IMG/VR virus record: IMGVR_UViG_3300029959_000009
Span: 6,699-70,698 of that record
Length of the DNA: 64,000 nucleotides
Direction: 5' to 3' (one strand)
Source: a virus
Lineage: Duplodnaviria; Caudoviricetes
Under the pieces are notes generated by a model. The model ran no database searches and had not been told where the DNA came from. It saw only the letters and a program-made list of their open reading frames with translations. Positions 28,882 through 37,814 of this stretch are shown in pieces. Made by a program: the position numbers and the translations under genes. The stretch's first letter is position 1; every line of letters starts with the position of its first letter.

Positions 28882-29166
28882 TTCACTTGTGGACGTGTTG
28901 CGTGGTCTGGGAGACGTCGAGACGATCTCCTTGCCGATGGTAAAACCTCCCGAAGAGGGCAGCATCGTCGTTAGGGTGTGGCCGGATTACACGCGCCACG
29001 CTTTTGCTGTCGAGATGGTTAATGAGAACTGGCCGGTAGTGCTCGATGGCTGTAGATGTCCTGAAGGGGATGCTGAAGTTGTAAGGCGGTTCTTCTATGT
29101 CGATGCAGAGAACCCCTCGGTGCTGAAGACAGTCGAAAGATAGCCAAAGCTAGGAGTGGTAGAGAA

Positions 29167-29370
29167 ATGACGAAAAAGAGAACTAAGAAACACCTCACCG
29201 AGCGGCTGCCCGCCCTTCTCGGCGCTTCGATGGGGCCGGGAAAGACTGTCACGCAGCTCACGTGCCCGCACCTGCATTGCAGCGCCTTGCCGAACGAATA
29301 TCCTTATGCGGTGTGCCAGGACTGCGGGGCGAAAGCGAGGCTGCAGATAAAGAAAACATCTATTCCATGA
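29167..29370 (+). CDS. Small Zn-ribbon protein
   Basis: CPHLHC...VCQDCG. Confidence 0.5.
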   Translation: MTKKRTKKHLTERLPALLGASMGPGKTVTQLTCPHLHCSALPNEYPYAVCQDCGAKARLQIKKTSIP

Positions 29371-29422
29371 GAAGCTGCCCAGGGCAAAAGACACGCCCTG
29401 GGCCGAAAGCAATCGAAAAGAG

Positions 29423-30874
29423 TTAAGTCGGCGGCGGGTTAATCAGCACGTCGCCGGGGTCAAGCCTACTATCGCTCTCGACCGTTATTTTATCCCCCAG
29501 CGCCGCTATCGTCGTCGCCCCATCGGTCGCCGATAGCGCTGTGATCTCGTCTATCCCGTAGAACCTGTCGCCCCATTCTCCATCTCCAAGATATTGAATG
29601 CGGGCCGCGTCGTACAGGTCCGAGAACTGCAGCTCCTCGCCTATCATGAAGTCGTCCAGGAAGGCCTCTATCGAAGCCTGTATGAGGTCGTCCAGGTCAC
29701 TCTCGGGCGTCGCCGTGGCAACGTAGGTCATCACCACATCGATAGTAACCTTCTCCGGGAGCAGGAACAACAGCGGCGGCGCGCCGTACCCTATCAGCAC
29801 ATCGTACTCGAACGCCCCTGCGTAGGTATCCACCGGCACAGAAGCAACATCAGTATCCCCTTCAGCCAGCGCAACCTCGACATACTGCCCCTCGACCGTC
29901 CCGGCTGGAACGGAAGCCGTGGCCTCGTGGGTCGCCCCTTCCGGCGTCACGTAGTCGAACGTGAACTCGTCGAGCGCCGTCACGCTCACCCTGGCCCTGA
30001 GCCAGATCTGGCCGCCTGCAGCATCCCCCAGGTCGCCGGTGTTGGCGTCTGCCTCCAGATGGGCCGCCAGCATCCCCCGGCCGCATACGCCTGCCGAGAT
30101 GCACTCCTCGATGGCATCCCCGACCAGGCCTATGTTGGTCTCGGTGGGCGTGGTATCGACGATGATCTCTGCGTCTCCCCGGCCCTTGTTGTAGACTTTT
30201 GCCTCCCTCACAATCTTGGAGCCGCTGGACTCGACCGCCTCCAGCCACTCTTTCATAGTCGGGACTGTCGCCCGGCCGTACTCTGTCGCTGTCGCTATGT
30301 ACCTCTGCCGCAGGTCGTCGTCGCTCTCCTCGTCTGCCCCGCCTGTGAACGTGAGCGGGTTTGTGACGTAATCCACGCCGGAGAGGCCGCCAGAGACGGC
30401 GACTATTGCGGCTGCCCGGACGTTCCCCCTGGCCCCTGCCTCGGAGGCTTCGACGTATGCGGATATCGAAGTCTGGCCGGCGAGCAGCGTAACCGCTGCG
30501 ATGGTGACGAAGTAGACTGGTCCCTCGCCGTCCGTGTCCTGGGCACTTACTTCTGTGCCTGCGGGAATCGGGATGTCGGCGCTGGCAGCCGTCGTGCGGA
30601 TAAAGTTGATCTGGCCTGTGGCCTTGGTTCCCGTGAGCCTCGTTAGGCCCCGGTCCTTCGCCAGGTCGTCGAGGTCTGCCCCTGTGGCGGTGAGGACGTT
30701 CTGGGCCTCGGCAGCGTTCTCGATCTTTACCTCTAGTCCCTGGACGACTTTAGCGAACGGGATTGTAGTCTTGCGGAGCATCGAATGCAGAGACCAATCG
30801 CAGAGGCTCGGATTCTCCGCTATTGTATCGGCTTCTATAGTAGCAAGAATTTGTTCAACTGTGCGAACGGCCAT
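29423..30874 (-). CDS. Baseplate J-like wedge protein
   Basis: ATGADLDDLA...RLTGTKATG, A.EAGARGN, FTGGADEESDDDLRQR. Confidence 0.9.
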   Translation of the reverse strand: MAVRTVEQILATIEADTIAENPSLCDWSLHSMLRKTTIPFAKVVQGLEVKIENAAEAQNVLTATGADLDDLAKDRGLTRLTGTKATGQINFIRTTAASADIPIPAGTEVSAQDTDGEGPVYFVTIAAVTLLAGQTSISAYVEASEAGARGNVRAAAIVAVSGGLSGVDYVTNPLTFTGGADEESDDDLRQRYIATATEYGRATVPTMKEWLEAVESSGSKIVREAKVYNKGRGDAEIIVDTTPTETNIGLVGDAIEECISAGVCGRGMLAAHLEADANTGDLGDAAGGQIWLRARVSVTALDEFTFDYVTPEGATHEATASVPAGTVEGQYVEVALAEGDTDVASVPVDTYAGAFEYDVLIGYGAPPLLFLLPEKVTIDVVMTYVATATPESDLDDLIQASIEAFLDDFMIGEELQFSDLYDAARIQYLGDGEWGDRFYGIDEITALSATDGATTIAALGDKITVESDSRLDPGDVLINPPPT

Positions 30875-30876
30875 AA

Positions 30877-31329
30877 CTAGCCCCTCCCGCCTGTTATGAA
30901 TTCAAGTGCCTTAAGCGTCTTCCTGGTCTGCCTCCACAGCTCGAGCAACCCTTCGGAGTCCGTGAAGAATGCGACCTCTTCAGAATTGAACATCGCAGAA
31001 ACAGCTATGCCGTGGGTGTTCGTCAGCTCGTCGAAGGCATTGACGCACCGCACGTTGGTTATCGTGTACTCCGGGAAGTTGTATTCCATGTTGGCTTTGA
31101 GTTCGAGCTCCAGCTTATTCAGGTTGGTATTGATCGCCTTCCCGAAATGGTATTTGTGCAGGATGCAGCCGCAAAGGGGGTCGATATCCTCGCCGAGGGG
31201 CGTGGACGCCCAGATGACGATATGCTGCTTTAAAAGGTTCCACTCGCCGCAAATCACGGCGAGGTCGCCGGTTGGGGTGAGAACTTTATCCATATTACCG
31301 TGACAACGGAAGGAACCGTGATTATCCAT
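30877..31329 (-). CDS. Baseplate wedge/sheath-initiator protein (gp25/W-like)
   Basis: GDLA...LKQHI...TPLGE...P.CG motif and position just upstream of J. Confidence 0.7.
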   Translation of the reverse strand: MDNHGSFRCHGNMDKVLTPTGDLAVICGEWNLLKQHIVIWASTPLGEDIDPLCGCILHKYHFGKAINTNLNKLELELKANMEYNFPEYTITNVRCVNAFDELTNTHGIAVSAMFNSEEVAFFTDSEGLLELWRQTRKTLKALEFITGGRG

Positions 31330-31375
31330 CCTAAGGTTGCATGCGAGGTCACAGACTGGCGTTTTCTATCCCTCC

Positions 31376-33196
31376 TCAGTGGCTTGATACAGTCATGTTC
31401 TCAACATCACATGATATCGTTGAGCCGCCCGATCCTGTGTTGAGCGACGAGAGGCCGTAAAGATATCTGTAAGCGGCCGGGATATTAGCATCTGATATCG
31501 ATAGCGTGTCTAGAAGCTCCGTCATGTTCTGGTCGGTGTAGATTTCCAGGGAGGCGACGTTCTCTCCATCGGGCTTTCGCAGGATGCAATAATACTGAGT
31601 GCCTATGGAGATATCCGCCGTGTCGTAGGTTACGACCGACGAGCCATTCCACAGGAGGAGCCCCGCCACCGAGCCGCCGAGGTTTGCGGCTTCGCATACG
31701 AGCTTGTAGCCGGTTGCCCCAAAGATATCCGCAGCGTTCGCGTTGGTCAGGCTGCAGCATCCACAGGCCCCGCCGCTGATGGCGTTCACCTTGAAGCCGA
31801 ACAGTATCCGCACGTCCTGGAAGTAGTCGGCCCCGAAGTCTTTGCAGACGTAGGCAGACTCGGCGCACGTCAAATCGGAACATGCTGCCTTAGAGGCCGT
31901 GACCGTAACGCGACTGTTCGGGTCGGCCTCCGAGTATGTGGTGAAGTCCTGGGCGCCTAAGCAGCTGCAAGGCCCGTGCGAGCACGCGCCGTCTATGCTG
32001 AGGCCGCCTGTGATACGCACGTTGCCGTCCAGGGTGATGACCCCCGCAGAAACGATATGCACCTCGGCCGGGCCGTGGATGTAGACCTTCTGCCCGGCCT
32101 TGGCCACCACCTCGATATCGCCGTCTTCCTTGATATCGATATAGTTGCCCTTGTCCTCGTTCGATAGCCAGATCCGCCCCTTCTTCGGGTCGTTGACGCC
32201 GAAGAGTTCGATATGGGCCGCCGCACTCGGCGCGCTCCGCAGCGAGAGATTCGCCCCTACGCCTGTATCCTCTGCCCTGAAGTGGATATGAGAGCGGCCA
32301 ACGTGGGCTTTCTGTGCCTCCAGCCAGATTCGGCCCTCTGTGCCGTTGCCACATTTGGAATCCACGCAGAAGAGGGAGCCGCAGGACCAATGGAGCTTGA
32401 ATCGCCGGGCGATGTCATCCGACCCCTCGTAGTCTGAAGAGAGGATTTTGAGCCAGGTGTTCATAGCTGGCACAGAGCCCGAAAGAGGCTCGCTCTCGCA
32501 CTCAATGTAATCCGGCCCGTCACCTGAGCCGTCGCCGTTCAGCTCACAGAGCTTGCAGTCGGGAACGGCCTTGCCCTTCTTGCACTCGAAGACCGCCATG
32601 CAGTCGCGGGTTTTGTCGAAGTAGGAGAAGCAGACCGGGCGGAGCTTGCCCGCCAATGTTACCTTGCTGTGGTCGAAGGTGGTCTCCCACGGTTTCCCGT
32701 GCTCATCGTCTATAGATCTTCGGGGGATGCGGAGCCACTGGTCGAGCCTGAACCGCCAATCGAAATAGTTATCGTAGTCGCCGTTATCCCAATCCTCGTG
32801 CGCTCCATCTGGCGGGATGCCCTGGTGAGCAGAGCTGCGGCACACGGGCTTCTGGCCGTTCGGGGGCATAGTGCCGACGATGACGGGCCGGTCGTTCATG
32901 TAGAAGCCGATCAGGACTGAATCACCCACTCGCGGAGTCCAGGGAGTGCCCGAGCGGTTGCCGATGTGCCTCTGTAGGACGGGGACCCTCAGGCGGTGGG
33001 CGGGGCCGTTCGGCGGGACGCTGGAGGGGTTAGACGGCACTGCATCCTGTATTATGACGTCGCAGTGCTGCCAGTTCCAATCCTCCGGGTCGTTGTGGGT
33101 CCAGACCCGGACGACCTGCCCGACCTCGAAGTTCTTGCGGAGCTGGTCCATACGCAGGGACTCGTCCCGGCCCACGTTCTTCATTTCTGTGACCAT
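31376..33196 (-). CDS. Baseplate central spike (gpV/gp5-like) with C-terminal extension
   Basis: OB-fold WTPRVGDSVLIGF...PVIVG, beta-helix-like repeats, extra C-terminal domain. Confidence 0.75.
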   Translation of the reverse strand: MVTEMKNVGRDESLRMDQLRKNFEVGQVVRVWTHNDPEDWNWQHCDVIIQDAVPSNPSSVPPNGPAHRLRVPVLQRHIGNRSGTPWTPRVGDSVLIGFYMNDRPVIVGTMPPNGQKPVCRSSAHQGIPPDGAHEDWDNGDYDNYFDWRFRLDQWLRIPRRSIDDEHGKPWETTFDHSKVTLAGKLRPVCFSYFDKTRDCMAVFECKKGKAVPDCKLCELNGDGSGDGPDYIECESEPLSGSVPAMNTWLKILSSDYEGSDDIARRFKLHWSCGSLFCVDSKCGNGTEGRIWLEAQKAHVGRSHIHFRAEDTGVGANLSLRSAPSAAAHIELFGVNDPKKGRIWLSNEDKGNYIDIKEDGDIEVVAKAGQKVYIHGPAEVHIVSAGVITLDGNVRITGGLSIDGACSHGPCSCLGAQDFTTYSEADPNSRVTVTASKAACSDLTCAESAYVCKDFGADYFQDVRILFGFKVNAISGGACGCCSLTNANAADIFGATGYKLVCEAANLGGSVAGLLLWNGSSVVTYDTADISIGTQYYCILRKPDGENVASLEIYTDQNMTELLDTLSISDANIPAAYRYLYGLSSLNTGSGGSTISCDVENMTVSSH

Positions 33197-33216
33197 ATAA
33201 ATCCCTTTGTATAATA

Positions 33217-33612
33217 TTATCTCCTACTTCCCCACTCCGGTATCACGAGCAGCCTGTACCACCCGGAAGGTATCACCTCATCCGACTTTGCCGCCCTGAT
33301 GGCAGCCAGCGGGTTGCTCATCGATACGTACAGCTCCGGGTTGATTAGCAGGATCAGCCAGCCATCCGTCAACCCCCTCTTTAGATGAGCTATGTCGTAG
33401 CTGGCGTTCTTGGCGTAGATATCGACCGCCAGGCGCTTCGAGCAGACCACATAAAGGCTCCTTGCCCCAAAATCCCCCATGAGGATCGCCGGGTCGTCTG
33501 CTCCATAAGAGAATGTGGTCTGTCGGCCGTGCGTCGTGGTGCTCTCAATTAGCGGTAACATCTCAGAGCCCCAGGTCGCGGTCTGCGTAGATCTGCGCCG
33601 AGTTCGCCTCAT
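33217..33612 (-). CDS. Hypothetical baseplate-region protein
   Basis: Position between the hub and spike genes. Confidence 0.5.
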   Translation of the reverse strand: MRRTRRRSTQTATWGSEMLPLIESTTTHGRQTTFSYGADDPAILMGDFGARSLYVVCSKRLAVDIYAKNASYDIAHLKRGLTDGWLILLINPELYVSMSNPLAAIRAAKSDEVIPSGWYRLLVIPEWGSRR

Positions 33613-34804
33613 TAAGAACGAATGGCGCTACCTCTATGTAGGACACCCACCCGGCTTTTGAAGAGTAATTCGTCTTACAGCGAGTGACAAACCCCGACAT
33701 CTCCGGGCCGAGAGCCCATACGTATCTCTGGACCTCTCCGGGACTGTTCAGCATCAGCCGAGGGTACTTGTAAGAGACCTTGGACTTGAGCTTTGGAGAT
33801 CGGCCAACGACGGCCGGCATGGAGCGGTTCCAGAAGGTTACATACCTTGCCAGCAGCCGCAAGGCCCTATTGCGGCACTCCAATTCAGTGCAGCAGTCGG
33901 GATAATAGAACGTCGGGGCATCTATCCGCCCGTAGTTTTCGAGCATACTGGCGGCCACCTCCGCGCCCCCCTCGCCGTTCTCGTTGTTCAGGATCATGGC
34001 CAGGTCGGCGTCGGTCGTCTCGTAGAACATCGCCCTGTCGGGAAGGTTGGAGGCGTGAGGATGCGTCGGGTCGGCCGGGCTGGCCCCGCGCACTGTGACC
34101 CTGTTGCACAGCCCTACGGCCGACTCGCTCTGGGCAGGGTACTTCATCCGGCCGGTATAGGGTGGATTAATACCGCGCACGCCGGGAGGGACGTATTGGA
34201 GCTGGTTGTTCTCGTCCATGAAAACCTCCTGGCCGTCGTTCTCTGCCAGGTAGTCCAGCACGCCTTTGCCGCTCTGGTCCCTCAAAAACCCCCACTCGCG
34301 TTTTTCCATACCCGCAGGTACTTTTATCTCGCCCTCTTCTAGCCCGTACTGCTCGCATATCCGGTCTATAATGGGCCTGGTGGGCTTCCCCTTGTGGTCG
34401 AAGATATCTTGCTTTAGGTAGGCGTTCGCCTTCAGGTCGGACGTCCCGGCCGAGATCTTGCAGGTGGTGTAGCCGTAGTCTGCCTTCTGGGCGAGGCCCG
34501 TAAAAACCAATGCACTGTGAACCGATGGGCCTGGGTACTCTATGGAGATGAGTATTACCATGATGAGGGAGAGGGGCGACACCTCCGGGTCCGTCTGGAA
34601 GTTCTTTTTGTTCTCGAATGGGGCTGATGTCTCCCCGACCACATTAACTGCCCCGTCGAACCTCCCTCCGACGTTGGATAAGGTGATGTCGGCCTGCTGT
34701 ACATACGAGGTATTGGACGACGGGATGAGTACATCGATATCAGCGCCCATCACGAACGGGCTAACGTCGATATTGTCGATCAAAACGTAGTGAGCGATTG
34801 GCAT
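33563..34804 (-). CDS. Baseplate hub protein (gpD/Mu gp44-like)
   Basis: ADITLSNVGG, DYLAENDGQEVFMDENNQLQY, NRVTVRG, plus position. Confidence 0.7.
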   Translation of the reverse strand: MPIAHYVLIDNIDVSPFVMGADIDVLIPSSNTSYVQQADITLSNVGGRFDGAVNVVGETSAPFENKKNFQTDPEVSPLSLIMVILISIEYPGPSVHSALVFTGLAQKADYGYTTCKISAGTSDLKANAYLKQDIFDHKGKPTRPIIDRICEQYGLEEGEIKVPAGMEKREWGFLRDQSGKGVLDYLAENDGQEVFMDENNQLQYVPPGVRGINPPYTGRMKYPAQSESAVGLCNRVTVRGASPADPTHPHASNLPDRAMFYETTDADLAMILNNENGEGGAEVAASMLENYGRIDAPTFYYPDCCTELECRNRALRLLARYVTFWNRSMPAVVGRSPKLKSKVSYKYPRLMLNSPGEVQRYVWALGPEMSGFVTRCKTNYSSKAGWVSYIEVAPFVLNEANSAQIYADRDLGL

Positions 34805-34850
34805 TTGACCTCAGTTAATTATTTATATCATAACTGCGATTCATATATGT

Positions 34851-34985
34851 ATGGCATTAAAGCGTTACACATGTTTGCGGTGTGGTAAAGAGTGGATACC
34901 GCGAAAGGATGGAAAGCCCCGAACCTGCCCCAACCCGAAATGCAGGTCGGTCTATTGGGATGTGCCCCGGAGAGAGAAAGAATGA
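34851..34985 (+). CDS. Zn-ribbon microprotein (44 aa)
   Basis: CLRCGKEWIPRK...CPNPKCRSVYW; ATGA overlap with the endonuclease gene. Confidence 0.6.
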   Translation: MALKRYTCLRCGKEWIPRKDGKPRTCPNPKCRSVYWDVPRREKE

Positions 34986-35818
34986 GGAAAGGCAGCCACC
35001 TATCAGAGGAACATAAAGCGAAATTATCTAAAGCTAATATGGGAAAGCACCCATCACCCGAAACCCGCGCAAAGATGTCGAAGTCGCGCAGTGGGGAGAG
35101 GCATTACTTGTATGGAAAGCATCTATCGCCTGAAGTAAAAGCCAAGATATCTAAGACAGAACGAGGGAAGATCATTCCTGAAGATGTGCGCCTCAAGATG
35201 TCCGAGTCCCACAAAGGCGCTAGAAACTGTAATTTTGGGAGAGAGTTTAGCGAGGAGCATCGCGCCAAAATATCACAAGCAAGAAGAGGCCGACGCGCCC
35301 CTCCAGAGACCCGCGCAAAGATGGCTGCCTCGCAAAGCGGTCGTCGGCACTCCCCGGAGACGCGTGCCAAAATGTCTGCTTGGCAAATAGGGAGGAAATT
35401 GCCCCCCGAAACGGTCGCTAAGGTCGTAGCTACAAACGTTCGCCTCGGAACCCGCGCGGGTGAGAGGAATGGCAGGTGGAGAGGGGGCGTATCATTCGGC
35501 CCATATTGCCCAAAGTTCAACTTTGAATTTAAAGAACGTGTGCGGGAGTTCTTTGGTCGCAAATGCTTGATTTGTGATAAAACGGAGGCAGACAATGGCA
35601 GAAAGCTCGACGTGCATCACGTTGCTTATGACAAAATGATTTGTTGCAATGATAAAAAACCTTTGTTTGCTGCCCTTTGCACATCACACAATTCAATCGC
35701 CAACAATGGCCGAGATGGTTGGGAGCATATGTTTACATACATCATCGAGGAGGTATATAAAGGCAAATCGTTCTACTCGAAAGAGGAGATGTCTGCATTA
35801 AAATGTAACAAAAATTAA
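34982..35818 (+). CDS. NUMOD3-repeat HNH homing endonuclease
   Basis: About eight H-S-(E/P)E-x-R/K-A-K-M/I-S repeats followed by CLICD...LDVHH...ALC; opposite strand to the virion operon. Confidence 0.85.
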   Translation: MRKGSHLSEEHKAKLSKANMGKHPSPETRAKMSKSRSGERHYLYGKHLSPEVKAKISKTERGKIIPEDVRLKMSESHKGARNCNFGREFSEEHRAKISQARRGRRAPPETRAKMAASQSGRRHSPETRAKMSAWQIGRKLPPETVAKVVATNVRLGTRAGERNGRWRGGVSFGPYCPKFNFEFKERVREFFGRKCLICDKTEADNGRKLDVHHVAYDKMICCNDKKPLFAALCTSHNSIANNGRDGWEHMFTYIIEEVYKGKSFYSKEEMSALKCNKN

Positions 35819-35826
35819 TATATATC

Positions 35827-36258
35827 CTATACTATATTATTGTCGTTGCACTCAACAAGAGTAACGTCCCACTCGATTGCAAACGTCTGCATACCCGTCC
35901 TCGGCACTCTGCGGAGCTTGCTTTCGATATACATCAGGAGCGGAGAGGATCTCAGGAGGTGGCACTGGACCTCATGCGGCGCGTAGTTGTCGAGGGCGTC
36001 CATGGTCTCTTTGTCGTCTTTGGTGAACGTCGTAACAACGAAATGCAAGACCTTCAGGGCGACGGGTTCCGTGGCTTGGGTGATGGTCATATAGCCAGGA
36101 ACGGGCTGCCTTACGACCTCGAAGCGTTCCGTGATTTCAAGGACATTGGGCATCGGCAAGCAATCCTCCTCCCAAGTGCCCTCCTCGGCGCTACTCGACC
36201 TATTGAACTCAATGCCGTCAATAGCAAATGGAATAATATCATCTTGATATTCGACCAT
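35827..36258 (-). CDS. Tail-associated protein following the tape measure (possible tube initiator); contains the array's gapped match
   Basis: GGTG RBS before ATG 36258; myovirus gene order TMP-X-hub. Confidence 0.6.
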   Translation of the reverse strand: MVEYQDDIIPFAIDGIEFNRSSSAEEGTWEEDCLPMPNVLEITERFEVVRQPVPGYMTITQATEPVALKVLHFVVTTFTKDDKETMDALDNYAPHEVQCHLLRSSPLLMYIESKLRRVPRTGMQTFAIEWDVTLVECNDNNIV

Positions 36259-36297
36259 AACACCGTCCAAGAAAAAAATAAACTTGCCTCTTGTAAT

Positions 36298-36600
36298 TCA
36301 GATCGCGCTTAAGATATCATCCAACTTTTGACTCAGCTTTTGAGGATCTTCTATAAGCTCGTACCCCAATCTATAGATCCGCCAACCCTCATTCTTTAAG
36401 ATCTTGTCTCGAAACCGATCACGCCTCTTATTGCTACTGCCATCATGGCATGGGCCATCGGCTTCGATAACAATCCCGCCTTCAATCACAATATCCAAGA
36501 CGAACCCCGAAGGAGTTGGGTGTTGAGCTAAAAACTCAACATCTCGCGCCTTCAAGGCATCCATCACCACTTTCTCAAGCGATGTTGGTTTGTAATCCAT
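36298..36600 (-). CDS. DUF559/Vsr-like endonuclease
   Basis: TSLEK..., LDIV...VIEADG..H...RDRFRD..L...GWRIYR. Confidence 0.85.
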   Translation of the reverse strand: MDYKPTSLEKVVMDALKARDVEFLAQHPTPSGFVLDIVIEGGIVIEADGPCHDGSSNKRRDRFRDKILKNEGWRIYRLGYELIEDPQKLSQKLDDILSAI

Positions 36601-36700
36601 ACACTACCACGCAACACTTCACATAGCACGGCATCACAGTGCAACTCATCACAAGACAAGGCCGAACAGGGCCATACAGGGCGCGACAGCGCATCGCCTC
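36601..36700 (-). ncRNA. Pentamer array, 20 x NN-(T/G)GY; putative gapped guide RNA
   Basis: gaggc gatgc gctgt cgcgc cctgt atggc cctgt tcggc cttgt cttgt gatga gttgc actgt gatgc cgtgc tatgt gaagt gttgc gtggt agtgt. G at position 4 in 20/20 units, Y at position 5 in 19/20, TGY 13, GGY 4. Confidence 0.85.
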
Positions 36701-37394
36701 GTTTAAACCGCTCCTACTAAGGAGCAGGCTTTACCTCATCGACCTTTGTAACGGCAAATCTCCCATAGGGGCCACCGCGTTCAGGCCGGAAATCTCCAAG
36801 TCCTATCCTAGTGCCTGCATAGCTTAAGATTTCTTCGACTATCGAACCCCCATGATTGACATCCAAAAATACTGGATCTATCACTTTAATTTGGAATTCG
36901 CATGCCCACGCATCGAACCTCGGGCGGGCCTTCAGAACTCGTGCCCTATTGATTACAACAGGCCGAAGGTCCACAACCCAATTGCCTATCAGCAATGGCT
37001 CCTCGGGCACCGTCTCTAGGCCACTCATGACGAGGTCTTTAAAGGTCTTCTTGCCTTTACCGCCCACTCTGAAATTTGTAGCAGCTCGGCGCATCGATGC
37101 TAGGAGGTTCATACCAGGCATCACGACTTCGCCCTCGGCGTTCAAATATAGGCCCATCTGAGCTTCTTCTTCCGGGGTCCACTTAGGGGCGTTCTTGCCA
37201 CGCTTTTGGCTTTCTATCATCTCCCTTGTACTATGCATCAACAGGGGCTTTATACCTTCGATTTTAACTCGCAGGAGCGGAGAGGACGGAGCGAGAAGTC
37301 CCCGGACTTCAGGCCGTGGGATGAAAGCGGAGTCCTCCCTTTTTCTTACATGATCACCGATAACTATTTAAGGCAATAATGGGATACACTTATT

Positions 37395-37814
37395 TTGGTA
37401 AAACCTATGAAGTATAAGCTCGATAGATCTGCTCATTCCGTGTATTCTCTCCATTATCATTTGGTGGTAGTGGTGAAATACCGGAGGAAAGCACTCTATG
37501 ATGAGGTGATTAGGGAGCGCCTGAAGCAGATCATATGGAGTTTGACGGATGATCTTGGAATAGAAATACTTGCACAAGAGCCTGCTGAAGATCATCTTCA
37601 TGTGTTGTTCAAGGCCACGCCTAAAACCAATCTGGTCAACATTGTGAACGTCATCAAAGGCGTAACTGCTAGAAGGCTTAGACAGGAATTTCCACAGACC
37701 AAAGCGTTTCTTTGGGGAGATTCTTTCTGGTCCGACTCCTATTTCATAGCCTCAACAGGGCAGGTTAGCATTGATATCCTGATGCAGTATGTAGAATCTC
37801 AGATGGAGAAGTAA
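37395..37814 (+). CDS. tnpA: IS200/IS605 Y1 transposase
   Basis: Translation identical to 27275-27694. Confidence 0.95.
   Translation: MVKPMKYKLDRSAHSVYSLHYHLVVVVKYRRKALYDEVIRERLKQIIWSLTDDLGIEILAQEPAEDHLHVLFKATPKTNLVNIVNVIKGVTARRLRQEFPQTKAFLWGDSFWSDSYFIASTGQVSIDILMQYVESQMEK

Larger units (their letters stand above)
27148..28886 (+). mobile_element. IS200/IS605 element, copy 1 (1739 bp)
   Basis: TTAA target; left hairpin gaagtcc-cc-ggacttc; tnpA+tnpB; right hairpin ccctaccc-ttta-gggtaggg ending TTCAC; no target duplication. Confidence 0.95.
27090..29143 (+). pseudogene. 104-aa hypothetical gene split by IS605 copy 1
   Basis: 27090-27147 joined to 28887-29143 reads MDFKELRMRRKIIYVSEKL-I-VDVLRGLG... 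in frame. Confidence 0.8.

Noticed and set aside
27148-28886. IStron (self-splicing) explanation for the gene-interrupting IS copies
   Set aside because: Only about 127 nt precede tnpA, too short for a group I intron core, and copy 2 is antisense to its host gene.
36601-36700. Array as a CRISPR array or simple microsatellite
   Set aside because: There are no 25-45 bp repeats with unique spacers, and the NN positions vary and match another locus, unlike a slippage satellite. No canonical CRISPR array was seen anywhere in the window.
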